Of a stretch of 44,850 nucleotides of DNA, positions 1-8,783 are shown one piece after another (the stretch's first letter is position 1; each line of letters starts with the position of its first letter). Position numbers and translations under genes: made by a program. Location of the stretch: sequence record OP434518; one strand, written 5' to 3'. The notes beneath the pieces were generated by a model. The model did no database searches, was not told where the DNA came from, and worked only from the letters and a program-made list of their open reading frames with translations. Origin of the DNA: Escherichia phage phi458.

Positions 1-46
1 ATTCGTAATGCGAAGGTCGTAGGTTCGACTCCTATTATCGGCACCA
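1..46 (+). tRNA. thrW: tRNA-Thr (anticodon CGT), 3' portion only; 5' half lies left of the window
   Basis: Anticodon loop TTCGTAA, T-arm GGTTCGACTCC, acceptor 3' strand and CCA ending at 46; recognised as the thrW-type sequence from memory. Confidence 0.7.
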
Positions 47-48
47 TT
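1..48 (+). repeat. attL core (48-bp direct repeat, copy 1)
   Basis: Positions 1-48 are identical to 44268-44315; the sequence is the 3' part of a tRNA from the anticodon loop to CCA. Confidence 0.9.
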
Positions 49-60
49 TAAATCAATAAG

Positions 61-1224
61 TTACACATCATTAGTACCTTCCTTATTTTTTGACTGGGAC
101 AAATTTGGGACCGATGGGTTCAGGATCGAGTCTATTTGCCGTGCGTGTTCGGTAAGGTGATTAGGTGCAAGGTGAGCATATCGACGAACCATTTCGATAG
201 ACTCCCAGCCTCCCATTTCCTGTAACACTGACAACGGGACTCCGGCTTGAACCAGCCAACTTGCCCAGGTGTGTCTCAAGTCGTGAAATCTGAAATCATC
301 AATACCAGCCCGTCTCAGCGCCGCTTTCCAGGCTGTGTTTGCGTCATACCGCATCTTCCTTACTGTTGGCGCTTTCGTTCCGTCTGGTTTGGTACAGCTT
401 TCCTTGTACACAAATACCCAACGGTGATGATTCCCGATTTGTTTTTTCAATACGCGACATGCAGTATCATTCAGCGCAACGCCAATTGCGCGGTTTGATT
501 TACTCTCTTCCGGGTTTATCCATGCCACCCGGCGCTGCATATCTATTTGTTGCCATTCAAGGTTGATGATGTTCGAGCGTCTTAAGCCTGTTGCCAGTGC
601 AAATTCAACAACAGACTTTAATGGCTCCGGACATTCATCAATCAGCCTTTGTGCTTCATGGGGCTCCAGCCAGCGGATCCGTTTATTCTTTGGTTGAGGC
701 ACTTTAATAATTGGTGCCTTATCCAGCATTTTCCATTCACGCTCTGCGGCTCTTAGTAGGGCCTTTATAAATGAAAGATGCGTAGCCTTCGTTGCAACGG
801 ACGCTGGTTTTGGCGTGTATTCTGGAACAGGTTTCCCTTTTTTTCTGCATGCTTCTGCTCTGAGTTTCCAGTTTTCCTCATGACGCCGGTTCGTCATTTT
901 CTGCATTGCTGAATAAATTTTTGATTCAGTAATGTCTCTTAGTTGCATCCCTGCGAAATGTTGAAGCCAGAATCCGATCCGGCTTTTGTCATCGTCCAGT
1001 GATTTTTTATGTGCTTTCTCTTCAAGCCACCTGACACACGCTTCCTCGAACGTCATATCAGGTATTTCACCAAGTTTGCTGACCCGCCATGCTTCAGCCT
1101 TTAGCTTGTCATGGAGCTCTGTCGCCTGCCTTTTGTCCTTTGTTCCAAGAGACTGTTTAAATCTTTTACCGTTCGGCAATGTGAAACTGGCGTACCATAT
1201 TTCACTTCTGCGGAAGAGTGACAT
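61..1224 (-). CDS. int: Tyrosine-recombinase integrase
   Basis: 387-aa ORF beside attL; C-terminal catalytic motifs HDLRHTWAS and RRYAHL typical of phage integrases. Confidence 0.9.
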   Translation of the reverse strand: MSLFRRSEIWYASFTLPNGKRFKQSLGTKDKRQATELHDKLKAEAWRVSKLGEIPDMTFEEACVRWLEEKAHKKSLDDDKSRIGFWLQHFAGMQLRDITESKIYSAMQKMTNRRHEENWKLRAEACRKKGKPVPEYTPKPASVATKATHLSFIKALLRAAEREWKMLDKAPIIKVPQPKNKRIRWLEPHEAQRLIDECPEPLKSVVEFALATGLRRSNIINLEWQQIDMQRRVAWINPEESKSNRAIGVALNDTACRVLKKQIGNHHRWVFVYKESCTKPDGTKAPTVRKMRYDANTAWKAALRRAGIDDFRFHDLRHTWASWLVQAGVPLSVLQEMGGWESIEMVRRYAHLAPNHLTEHARQIDSILNPSVPNLSQSKNKEGTNDV

Positions 1225-1451
1225 TTTCTTTCCTCTGTTATGCCATCACCCGCGCTCACCTTGATAGTATGCAGCGGAGACTGAAGTGCCGCAATGCAGG
1301 CTTGTCGCGTTGTGAGGTAAGGAGATTTTGGTTTAGTGGGGTCTTTGCGTGTTGCCTGTAGGCGGCCTGTTCGTATCCAGTTGGTAGCGGTAGGTCTGGA
1401 TATCTTGAGAAACTGACAGGCCTCATCGAGTGTGAGGCTGTATGATTCCAT
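1101..1451 (-). CDS. xis: Excisionase-like HTH protein (overlaps int start)
   Basis: Internal ATG at 1451 with GAGGT RBS; N-terminus [26 protein letters not shown] is an AlpA/Xis-type HTH; sits just upstream of int. Start and length uncertain. Confidence 0.55.
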   Translation of the reverse strand: MESYSLTLDEACQFLKISRPTATNWIRTGRLQATRKDPTKPKSPYLTTRQACIAALQSPLHTIKVSAGDGITEERKCHSSAEVKYGTPVSHCRTVKDLNSLLEQRTKGRRQSSMTS

Positions 1452-1701
1452 GGTTACCTCTGCTTTTTGAACGCATGTCACGTAACTTCTTAATGTGTTC
1501 TGCCGTTTCGATCTCTTCTGCTATCCGATCTGCATCAGCTTTATTCACAGGTTCAAAGTCATGATTAAAGCGGAACATGCTGGCGATACATGTTCTGCCT
1601 TTTCGGATGTAGTGAACTTTGTTGTGGGTAGAACGCAGGATTTTGCAGGGAGTGCCGTGGTGGTCGACGTACCAGGTGTTAGGCAAAATGATTCTGAACA
1701 T
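1423..1701 (-). CDS. Hypothetical small phage protein
   Basis: 92-aa ORF in the int-proximal accessory region, same strand as int/xis; no motif recognised. Confidence 0.4.
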   Translation of the reverse strand: MFRIILPNTWYVDHHGTPCKILRSTHNKVHYIRKGRTCIASMFRFNHDFEPVNKADADRIAEEIETAEHIKKLRDMRSKSRGNHGIIQPHTR

Positions 1702-1748
1702 TTTTACACCTCAGTTGGACGATGTTGAAATTTGCTGCTTTGAGGCCA

Positions 1749-1967
1749 TCACAGTCCCCATTGTTTGTTCTTAAGTTCGATCTCCTCCTGGCAACTTGCA
1801 CAAGTCCGACAACCCTGAACGGCCAGGCGTCTTCGTTCATCTATCGGATCGCCACACTCACAACAATGAGTGGCAGATATAGCCTGGTGGTTCAGACGAC
1901 GCATTTTTATTGCTGTATTGCGCTGTAATTCTTCGATTTCTGATGCTGAATCAATGATGTCTGCCAT
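1749..1967 (-). CDS. TraR/DksA-family C4 zinc-finger protein
   Basis: 72 aa with CCECGDPIDERRR...CRTCASC, a four-cysteine spacing typical of phage TraR-like proteins. Confidence 0.6.
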   Translation of the reverse strand: MADIIDSASEIEELQRNTAIKMRRLNHQAISATHCCECGDPIDERRRLAVQGCRTCASCQEEIELKNKQWGL

Positions 1968-2281
1968 CTTCCATTAATCTCTGAATTGTTGGTTAATACG
2001 CTTGAGGGTGAATGCGAATAATAAAAAAGGAGCCTGTAGCTCCCTGATGATTTTGCTTTTCATGTTCATCGCTCCTTAAAGATGCCGTTTAACATGCCGA
2101 TCGCCAGGCTTAAATGAGTCGGTGTGAATCCCTCAGCGTTACCGTTTCGCGGTGCTTCTTCAGTACGCTACGGCAAATGTTATTGATGCTCCTGTCTGGT
2201 GACAGCCTTCGGGCTTGTATTATGTATAAGTTCTGATAAAAGCCTCCGATATATTAAATTTAAATAACGAAATTCATCTTC

Positions 2282-2920
2282 TTGATAAGTTGTGATAGCA
2301 TCATTAAAAGTTTCAGTTCGTTGAGCAGGGATTACATGGTAAATCAGCAACAGCAACAGCAACAGATTAACGAAAATCTAAAAATTGAGGCAATCCGTTG
2401 GTATCAGAAGCTGCAGGAGATTACTTATCTTGAAGCAGGACAACACATGCGGGCTTTAAATCAGCTCATGTGGCAAATCCCTAGTTTCGTAATTGCTGTC
2501 AATGGTGGGTTGTGGTATGCAACAACACTGGCAAATGAAAGTTCCCTATGGATTATCTTTGCAGTGTTAGCATTGTTTGATTTCACAACAATGATTACAC
2601 TTTATCGCTTAAGGTCTTTAATTGGTTCGAAAATAGCACTACAAAAAAACATTGAAGACCCTTCAAAAAACTATATTTTAAATGAAATTACTAGAGACGC
2701 TGGATTTAAATTGCCCTCTAGCTATGATAATAAGGAAACTGGTTACATAGTAGTGTCGTGCTGGGCAATAATGCTTATTGTTTGCTTCTTTGTTAATATT
2801 GCTGGGGTATGTCATCCAAACTTGTTTTCAAAAGACATTTCACATAATACATACAAAGCAACAATTAAAAATATTGAGTCAGGATTATTTATCGAAGCAA
2901 AATCAGGATTATCAAAGTGA
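2282..2920 (+). CDS. Hypothetical integral membrane protein with poly-Gln tract (start may be ATG 2336)
   Basis: Three hydrophobic helices (IPSFVIAVNGGLWYATTL, LWIIFAVLALFDFTTMITL, YIVVSCWAIMLIVCFFVNIAGV); visibly AT-rich; stop overlaps the next gene's start. Confidence 0.6.
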   Translation: MISCDSIIKSFSSLSRDYMVNQQQQQQQINENLKIEAIRWYQKLQEITYLEAGQHMRALNQLMWQIPSFVIAVNGGLWYATTLANESSLWIIFAVLALFDFTTMITLYRLRSLIGSKIALQKNIEDPSKNYILNEITRDAGFKLPSSYDNKETGYIVVSCWAIMLIVCFFVNIAGVCHPNLFSKDISHNTYKATIKNIESGLFIEAKSGLSK

Positions 2921-3519
2921 CTTCGTGGAAGTTTTATGACAATAATGCTGATCGCTTATTTGCCGATTATATATCACTTGATTTTTACTCTATCTTTCAG
3001 GATGTTGAAGAGTTTATTTTACAATCTAAGGGTGTCTCTTTGGATGTCGGTTCAGGTTCCGGCCGTGATGCTGCTGCGTTAGATGAATTAGGTTATAAAG
3101 TAATAGCTGTTGAACCAAGTGAAAAGATGCGAAATTTGGCATCTTCATATTATAAATCTAACCATATTATATGGTTAGATGATTCATTGCCTTTTCTTCA
3201 TAGTGTTAAAGCAATGAATCTAAAGTTCGACCTTATTTTAGTCAGTGCTGTATGGATGCATCTTTCAAAAAAAGAGCAAAAAATCTCACTAGAGACGCTA
3301 ACTGATCTTTTAACATTGAATGGGAGAATGATAATTACATTGCGCTTGGGACCTCCCGAACCAGATAGAAACATTAACGTTGTTAATACTGAGGAACTTC
3401 TTGAGTTAGCGTCTCAGTTAGGTCTGAAAACATTGCGAGTTACGTCAATAAATAAAGATAGTTTTCAACGTAACCAGATAACTTGGCAGAAAGTTGTATT
3501 ATCAAAAAATAATGAGTAA
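2917..3519 (+). CDS. Class I SAM-dependent methyltransferase (GTG start, GTGA overlap with upstream ORF)
   Basis: Motif I LDVGSGSGRDA followed by an acidic residue after a beta-strand (VIAVEPS); 200 aa; AT-rich codon usage like the upstream membrane gene. Confidence 0.65.
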   Translation: MTSWKFYDNNADRLFADYISLDFYSIFQDVEEFILQSKGVSLDVGSGSGRDAAALDELGYKVIAVEPSEKMRNLASSYYKSNHIIWLDDSLPFLHSVKAMNLKFDLILVSAVWMHLSKKEQKISLETLTDLLTLNGRMIITLRLGPPEPDRNINVVNTEELLELASQLGLKTLRVTSINKDSFQRNQITWQKVVLSKNNE

Positions 3520-3530
3520 ATAACTTAGTA

Positions 3531-4775
3531 TTATTCGCACAGACCGTAGCGTGAAGAGCAAACCTCTATATCGAGACTTGCTTTTACAAGATCGTAGACC
3601 TTGCCACCGCGCCCTGTTTTTGCCCACTCTACGACTTCATAAACACCCGGAGAATTAAGATCTCCACGAGGACCATAAAATCCTGACCAGTCGATGTGTT
3701 GCACATCAGGTTTTAGCCCAAAAAGTTGAATATTTCGACCAAGTGGCAGATTGAACTGTTTCATCCAGCGTTGGCTTATCTCTCCTACGCTCATCCAGTG
3801 TACCCATCTACTAGCAAGGCGTACCTTCAACTCCCATTGTTTGTGCTTTTTGATGTGCTCTGGCCAGCGCGCAGCCGTCTCTGCAATTTCCTCTTTGTTG
3901 CATAGCACGCAATTCATGCAGCCAACACGAGACGCACCTTGCATATAAAGTGGATTTGGCTTAATTCCGAAATATTTGTGAACTGCGAATACGTCCTCAG
4001 CCGTCCATTTGTGGAGCGGCAGGAAGTTGTAGAGAAAATCGGCGTCGCGCATATCGCGGGAAAACCTCTCATATCCAGCGCGCTTAGAGGACTCATCCGC
4101 GCGAACACCAGACCATTGTACGATAACATCGCCAGCATCAAGGAGCGGCTTTATGGCTGCGTCGAAAGCTATCTGAATTTTCAGTTCGTCTGTACAGAAT
4201 CGGTCGCGCAGCATAGGGAACTTGCCATGCAGAAGGGAGCAATCCAAAAAGCTATTACCGGATGGGTGCATAACGGAAAGCGCAGCATCAAGAGCAGTTT
4301 CGAACTCAATTCCCCAGCGTTCTGCTGTGCGCTTCCAGGCTTGCCCGAATTTGGTGTCAGAACGTGCGAGGGAAGGCATGACTATGCCACGGTATGCTCC
4401 CATGCGGATCATCTGTCGTTTAGACCAGTTTTTTTGCAGATAAATTCGTCGTTTGGCAAAATCTTCTTCAGTGTAAATCCGCTTCACAACCTGCACAGGG
4501 CTACAACCGATCTGCTCATGAATGCTCCTGGCGAATTCGACAGTTAGATTATGCTCATTATCCGTGTCTGCCATAACAGCATGTACCTGTTTGCCGAATA
4601 ATGTGTGCGCCACTGCGAGTGTGGCAGTGCTGTCTTTTCCTGCTGAATAATTCACGATTATCTTATGATCATTAGGGATGCGAAATTCATTTATATATCT
4701 GTTGTAGGACTCTTCTATTTCGCGAATTTTCTTGCTGATGTCTGTTGGGACAATAATTATTGCTGCCTCGTTCAT
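3531..4775 (-). CDS. PAPS-reductase/DndC-family PP-loop ATP pyrophosphatase-like protein
   Basis: PP-loop-like NYSAGKDST near the N-terminus; Cys cluster CMNCVLC; 414 aa; in the pL operon where lambda carries orf61/ea8.5/ea22. Confidence 0.6.
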   Translation of the reverse strand: MNEAAIIIVPTDISKKIREIEESYNRYINEFRIPNDHKIIVNYSAGKDSTATLAVAHTLFGKQVHAVMADTDNEHNLTVEFARSIHEQIGCSPVQVVKRIYTEEDFAKRRIYLQKNWSKRQMIRMGAYRGIVMPSLARSDTKFGQAWKRTAERWGIEFETALDAALSVMHPSGNSFLDCSLLHGKFPMLRDRFCTDELKIQIAFDAAIKPLLDAGDVIVQWSGVRADESSKRAGYERFSRDMRDADFLYNFLPLHKWTAEDVFAVHKYFGIKPNPLYMQGASRVGCMNCVLCNKEEIAETAARWPEHIKKHKQWELKVRLASRWVHWMSVGEISQRWMKQFNLPLGRNIQLFGLKPDVQHIDWSGFYGPRGDLNSPGVYEVVEWAKTGRGGKVYDLVKASLDIEVCSSRYGLCE

Positions 4776-4936
4776 ACCGCCTCCCGTTTATTATTTATCT
4801 CCTCAGCCAGCCGCTGTGCTTTCAGGGGATTTCGGATAACAGAAAGGCCGGGAAATACCCAGCCTCGCTTTGTAACGGAGTAGACGAAAGTGATCGTGCC
4901 TACCCGGATATTATCGTGAGGATGCTTCATCGCCAT
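4772..4936 (-). CDS. Small early-left ORF (lambda orf60a-like), 54 aa
   Basis: Hand translation [13 protein letters not shown]...[11 protein letters not shown]; start overlaps the exo stop and stop overlaps the next start (ATGA); not in the ORF track because it is under 60 aa. Confidence 0.45.
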   Translation of the reverse strand: MAMKHPHDNIRVGTITFVYSVTKRGWVFPGLSVIRNPLKAQRLAEEINNKREAV

Positions 4937-5607
4937 TGCTCCCCAAATGCAAAACCAATTTCAGCCAGTGCCTCGTCCATTTTTTCGATGAACTCCGGCA
5001 CCATCTCGTCAAAACTCGCCATGTAATTTTCATCCCGCTCAACCACGACATAATGCAGGCCTTCACGCTTCATTCGTGGGTCATAGTTGGCAAAGTACCA
5101 GGCATCTTTTCGCGTCACCCACATGCTGTACTGCACCTGGGCCATGTAAGCCGACTTTATGGCCTCGAAACCACCGAGCCGGAATTTCATGAAATCCCGG
5201 GAGGTAAACGGGCATTTCAGTTCAAGGCCGTTGCCGTCACTGCATAAACCATCGGGAGAGCAGGCGGTGCGCATACTTTCGTCGCGATAGATGATCGGGG
5301 ATTCAGTAACATTCACGCCGGAAGTGAACTCAAAGAGGGCTCTGGCGTCGTTCTCGTACTGTTTTCCCCAGGCCAGCGCCTTAGCGTTAACTTCCGGAGC
5401 CACACCGGTGCAAACCTCGGCAAGCAGGGTGTGGAAGTAGGACATTTTCATGTCAGGCCATTTCTTTCCGGAGCGGGGTTTTGCTATCACATTGTGAACT
5501 TCTGAAGCGGTGATGACGCCGAGCCGTAATTTGTGCCACGCATCATCCCCCTGTTCGACAGCTCTCACGTCGATCCCGGTACGCTGCAGGATAATGTCCG
5601 GTGTCAT
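4927..5607 (-). CDS. exo: Lambda exonuclease (Red-alpha)
   Basis: 226 aa, near-identical to lambda Exo as recalled ([26 protein letters not shown]...). Confidence 0.95.
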   Translation of the reverse strand: MTPDIILQRTGIDVRAVEQGDDAWHKLRLGVITASEVHNVIAKPRSGKKWPDMKMSYFHTLLAEVCTGVAPEVNAKALAWGKQYENDARALFEFTSGVNVTESPIIYRDESMRTACSPDGLCSDGNGLELKCPFTSRDFMKFRLGGFEAIKSAYMAQVQYSMWVTRKDAWYFANYDPRMKREGLHYVVVERDENYMASFDEMVPEFIEKMDEALAEIGFAFGEQWR

Positions 5608-6389
5608 GCAGCCACCTTCTGTTCAGAGGCTTTCTGTTTCAGGAATCCAAGAGCTTTCACTGCTTCGGCCTGTGTCAGTTCTGACGATGCGCGAATGTCG
5701 CGGCGAAATATCTGGGAACAGAGCGGCAATAAGTCGTCATCCCATGTTTTATCCAGGGCGATCAGCAGAGTGTTAATCTCCTGCATGGTTTCATCGTTAA
5801 CCGGAGTGATGTCGCGTTCCGGCTGACGTTCTGCAGTGTATGCGGTATTTTCGACAATGCGCTCGGCTTCATCCTTGTCATAGATACCCGCAAATCCGAA
5901 GGCCAGACGGGCACACTGAATCATGGCTTTATGCCGTAACATCCGTTTGGGATGCGACTGCCACGGTCCGGTGATTTCTCTGCCTTCGCGGGTTTTGAAT
6001 GGTTCGCGGCGGCATTCATCCATCCACTCGGTAACGCAGATCGGATGATTACGGTCCTTGCGGTAAATCCGGCATGTACAGGATTCATTGTCCTGCTCAA
6101 AGTCCATGCCATCAAACTGCTGGTTTTCATTGATGATGCGGGACCAGCCATCAACGCCCACCACCGGAACGATGCCATTCTGCTTATCAGGAAAGGCGTA
6201 AATTTCTTTCGTCCACGGATTAAGGCCGTACTGGTTGGCAACGATCAGTAATGCGATGAACTGCGCATCGCTGGCATCACCTTTAAATGCCGTCTGGCGA
6301 AGAGTGGTGATCAGTTCCTGTGGGTCGACAGAATCCATGCCGACACGTTCAGCCAGCTTCCCAGCCAGCGTTGCGAGTGCTGTACTCAT
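5604..6389 (-). CDS. bet: Red-beta single-strand annealing protein
   Basis: 261 aa matching lambda Bet ([48 protein letters not shown]...). Confidence 0.95.
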   Translation of the reverse strand: MSTALATLAGKLAERVGMDSVDPQELITTLRQTAFKGDASDAQFIALLIVANQYGLNPWTKEIYAFPDKQNGIVPVVGVDGWSRIINENQQFDGMDFEQDNESCTCRIYRKDRNHPICVTEWMDECRREPFKTREGREITGPWQSHPKRMLRHKAMIQCARLAFGFAGIYDKDEAERIVENTAYTAERQPERDITPVNDETMQEINTLLIALDKTWDDDLLPLCSQIFRRDIRASSELTQAEAVKALGFLKQKASEQKVAA

Positions 6390-6394
6390 CCGTT

Positions 6395-6811
6395 TTATAC
6401 CTCTGAATCAATATCAACCTGGTGGTGAGCAATGGTTTCAACCATGTACCGGATGTGTTCTGCCATGCGCTCCTGAAACTCAACATCGTCATCAAACGCA
6501 CGGGTAATGGCTTTTTTGCTGGCCCCGTGGCGTTGCAAATGATCGATGCATAGCGATTCAAACAGGTGCTGGGGCAGGCCTTTTTCCATGTCGTCTGCCA
6601 GTTCTGCCTCTTTCTCTTCACGGGCGATCTGCTGGTAGTGACGCGCCCAGCTCTGAGCCTCAAGACGATCCTGAATGTAATAAGCGTTCATGGCTGAACT
6701 CCTGAAATAGCTGTGAAAATATCGTCCGCGAAATGCCGGGCTGATTAGGAAAACAGGGAAGGGGGGTAGTGAATGCTTTTGCTTGATCTCAGTTTCAGTA
6801 TTAATATCCAT
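6395..6811 (-). CDS. gam: Gam, RecBCD inhibitor
   Basis: 138 aa matching lambda Gam ([15 protein letters not shown]...). Confidence 0.95.
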   Translation of the reverse strand: MDINTETEIKQKHSLPPFPVFLISPAFRGRYFHSYFRSSAMNAYYIQDRLEAQSWARHYQQIAREEKEAELADDMEKGLPQHLFESLCIDHLQRHGASKKAITRAFDDDVEFQERMAEHIRYMVETIAHHQVDIDSEV

Positions 6812-6909
6812 TTTTTATAAGCGTCGACGGCCTCACGAAACATCTTTTCATCGCCAATAAAAGTGGCGATAGTGAATTTAGTCTGGATAGCCATAAGTGT
6901 TTGATCCAT
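6745..6909 (-). CDS. kil: Kil host-killing protein
   Basis: Internal start [40 protein letters not shown] matches lambda Kil; overlaps the cIII end and gam start as in lambda. Confidence 0.8.
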   Translation of the reverse strand: MDQTLMAIQTKFTIATFIGDEKMFREAVDAYKKWILILKLRSSKSIHYPPSLFS

Positions 6910-7042
6910 TTTTTGGGACTCCTGGCTGATTAAGTATGTCGATAAGGCGTTTCCATCCGTCACGTAATTTACGGGTGATTCGTTCAAGTAAAGATTCGGA
7001 AGGGCAGCCAGCAACAGGCCACCCTGCAATGGCATATTGCAT
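6878..7042 (-). CDS. cIII: CIII, FtsH inhibitor
   Basis: Hand-translated 54-aa [57 protein letters not shown], recalled as lambda CIII. Confidence 0.85.
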   Translation of the reverse strand: MQYAIAGWPVAGCPSESLLERITRKLRDGWKRLIDILNQPGVPKNGSNTYGYPD

Positions 7043-7114
7043 GGTGTGCTCCTTATTTATACATAACGAAAAACGCCTCGAGTGAAGCGTTATTGGTATG
7101 CGGTAACGCCGCGC

Positions 7115-7483
7115 TCAGGCGGCTTTGATAGTCATATCATCTGGATCAAATATTCCTGATGTATCGATATCGGTAATTCTTATTCCTTCGCTACCATCCA
7201 TTGGAGGCCATCCTTCCTGACCATTTCCATCATTCCAGTCGAACTCACACACAACACCATATGCATTTAAGTCGCTTGAAATTGCTATAAGCAGAGCATG
7301 TTGCGCCAGCATGATTAATACAGCATTTAATACAGAGCCGTGTTTATTGAGTCGGTATTCAGAGTCTGACCAGAAATTATTAATCTGGTGAAGTTTTTCC
7401 TCTGTCATTACGTCATGGTCGATTTCAATTTCTATTGATGCTTTCCAGTCGTAATCAATGATGTATTTTTTGATGTTTGACAT
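7115..7483 (-). CDS. ea10: Ea10 early-left protein
   Basis: 122 aa matching lambda Ea10 (MSNIKKYIIDYDWKASIEIEIDHDVMTEEKLHQINNFW...). Confidence 0.85.
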   Translation of the reverse strand: MSNIKKYIIDYDWKASIEIEIDHDVMTEEKLHQINNFWSDSEYRLNKHGSVLNAVLIMLAQHALLIAISSDLNAYGVVCEFDWNDGNGQEGWPPMDGSEGIRITDIDTSGIFDPDDMTIKAA

Positions 7484-7686
7484 CTATTCATATCCTCATA
7501 GATAAAAAATCGCCCTCACACTGGAGGGCAAAGAAGATTTCCAATAATCAGAACAAGTCGGCTCCTGTTTAGTTACGAGCGACATTGCTCCGTGTATTCA
7601 CTCGTTGGAATGAATACACAGTGCAGTGTTTATTCTGTTATTTATGCCAAAAATAAAGGCCACTATCAGGCAGCTTTGTTGTTCTG

Positions 7687-7866
7687 TTAACCAAGTTCTC
7701 TGGCAATCATTGCCGTCGTTCGTATTGCCCATTTATCGACATATTTCCCATCTTCCATTACAGGAAACATTTCTTCAGGCTTAACCATGCATTCCGATTG
7801 CAGCTTGCATCCATTGCATCGCTTGAATTGTCCACACCATTGATTTTTATCAATAGTCGTAGTCAT
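7687..7866 (-). CDS. ral: Ral restriction-alleviation protein
   Basis: Hand-translated MTTTIDKNQWCGQFKRCNGCKLQSECMVKPEEMFPVMEDGKYVDKWAIRTTAMIARELG; under the ORF-track size cutoff. Confidence 0.8.
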   Translation of the reverse strand: MTTTIDKNQWCGQFKRCNGCKLQSECMVKPEEMFPVMEDGKYVDKWAIRTTAMIARELG

Positions 7867-8136
7867 ACGGATAGTCCTGGTATTGTTCCATCACATCCTG
7901 AGGATGCTCTTCGAACTCTTCAAATTCTTCTTCCATATATCACCTCAAATAAGTTGTTTGCTGCGAAAGTAAATACGCTTAAGTTACCTGTTATTTATCC
8001 CACCAAGTTCCGTATCTATCTATCCAGTTACACCAATCATCGACACTCCATTTTGTTGTGTCGCATTTTGGCAACTGGCATGAATATCTACCTTCTTTGT
8101 AAAGTCGGCGTTTGACTTTCTTGAGCATGGCTCACC

Positions 8137-8469
8137 TCAATCGTAATAACCTGGAATTGATTTTCCGCGTTGCTTCTGGCGGCCTGAGCAAGTCACACCC
8201 ATTTCACAGCGTGGCTTGCTGTACCATGTGCGCTGATTCTTGCGCTCAATACGTTGCAGGTTGCTTTCAATCTGTTCGTGGTATTCAGCCAGCACCGTAA
8301 GGTCTATCGGATTCAGTGCGCTTTCTACTCGTGATTTCGGTTTGCGATTCAGCGAGAGAATAGGGCGGTTAACTGGTTTTGCGCTTACCCCAACCAACAG
8401 GGGATTTGCTGCTTTCCATTGAGCCTGTTTCTCTGCGCGACGTTCGCGGCGGCGTGCTTGTGCATCCAT
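8137..8469 (-). CDS. N: N transcription antiterminator
   Basis: Internal start MDAQARRRERRAEKQAQWKAANPLLVGVSAKPVNRPILSL... matches lambda N with its arginine-rich motif; C-terminus diverges. Confidence 0.85.
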   Translation of the reverse strand: MDAQARRRERRAEKQAQWKAANPLLVGVSAKPVNRPILSLNRKPKSRVESALNPIDLTVLAEYHEQIESNLQRIERKNQRTWYSKPRCEMGVTCSGRQKQRGKSIPGYYD

Positions 8470-8579
8470 CTGGATTCTCCTGTCAGTTAGCTTTGAGTAA
8501 CGCGCCGTGATGCTTATCTCCACGGTTGCTGTCTTGCAGCTGCATTTCGCGCTACTCAAAGCCTTCTGCTTTGAATGCT

Positions 8580-8610
8580 GCCCTTCTTCAGGGCTAAATT
8601 TTTAAGAGCC
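8580..8610 (-). promoter_or_regulatory. nutL (boxA GGCTCTTAA, boxB GCCCTGAAGAAGGGC)
   Basis: On the minus strand boxA-like CTCTTAA precedes the lambda-type boxB hairpin, between pL and N. Confidence 0.8.
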
Positions 8611-8642
8611 TCACCTTCAATGGTGGTCAGTGCGTCCTGCTG

Positions 8643-8679
8643 ATGGCTAAATAGTACGATTTGTACTTTATCGAGTCAA
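8643..8679 (-). promoter_or_regulatory. pL-like promoter with overlapping operator palindrome
   Basis: Minus strand TTGACT-N17-TACTAT; palindrome AGTACgatttGTACT (8653-8667) overlaps the -10 and is unlike lambda OL. Confidence 0.6.
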
Positions 8680-8750
8680 TACAAAATGTTCTAAATATAA
8701 TTAGTTTTTTATAACGCTTTGTATTTAATGGGTTTATATTTTGGAAAAAG

Positions 8751-8775
8751 AAAACCCGGCGCTGAGGCCGGGTTT
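8751..8775 (-). terminator. Intrinsic terminator after the 348-aa immunity-region gene
   Basis: Hairpin CCCGGC-gctgag-GCCGGG flanked by an A-run on one side and T-run on the other. Confidence 0.6.
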
Positions 8776-8783
8776 GGAGTGCA

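Noticed and set aside
3939-4547. 202-aa plus-strand ORF inside the PAPS-reductase-like gene
   Set aside because: Antisense to the longer ORF that carries the PP-loop motif.
7798-8115. 105-aa plus-strand ORF between ral and N, considered as sieB
   Set aside because: Overlaps ral antisense and does not resemble a membrane exclusion protein; the ral-N interval is too short for a lambda-size sieB.
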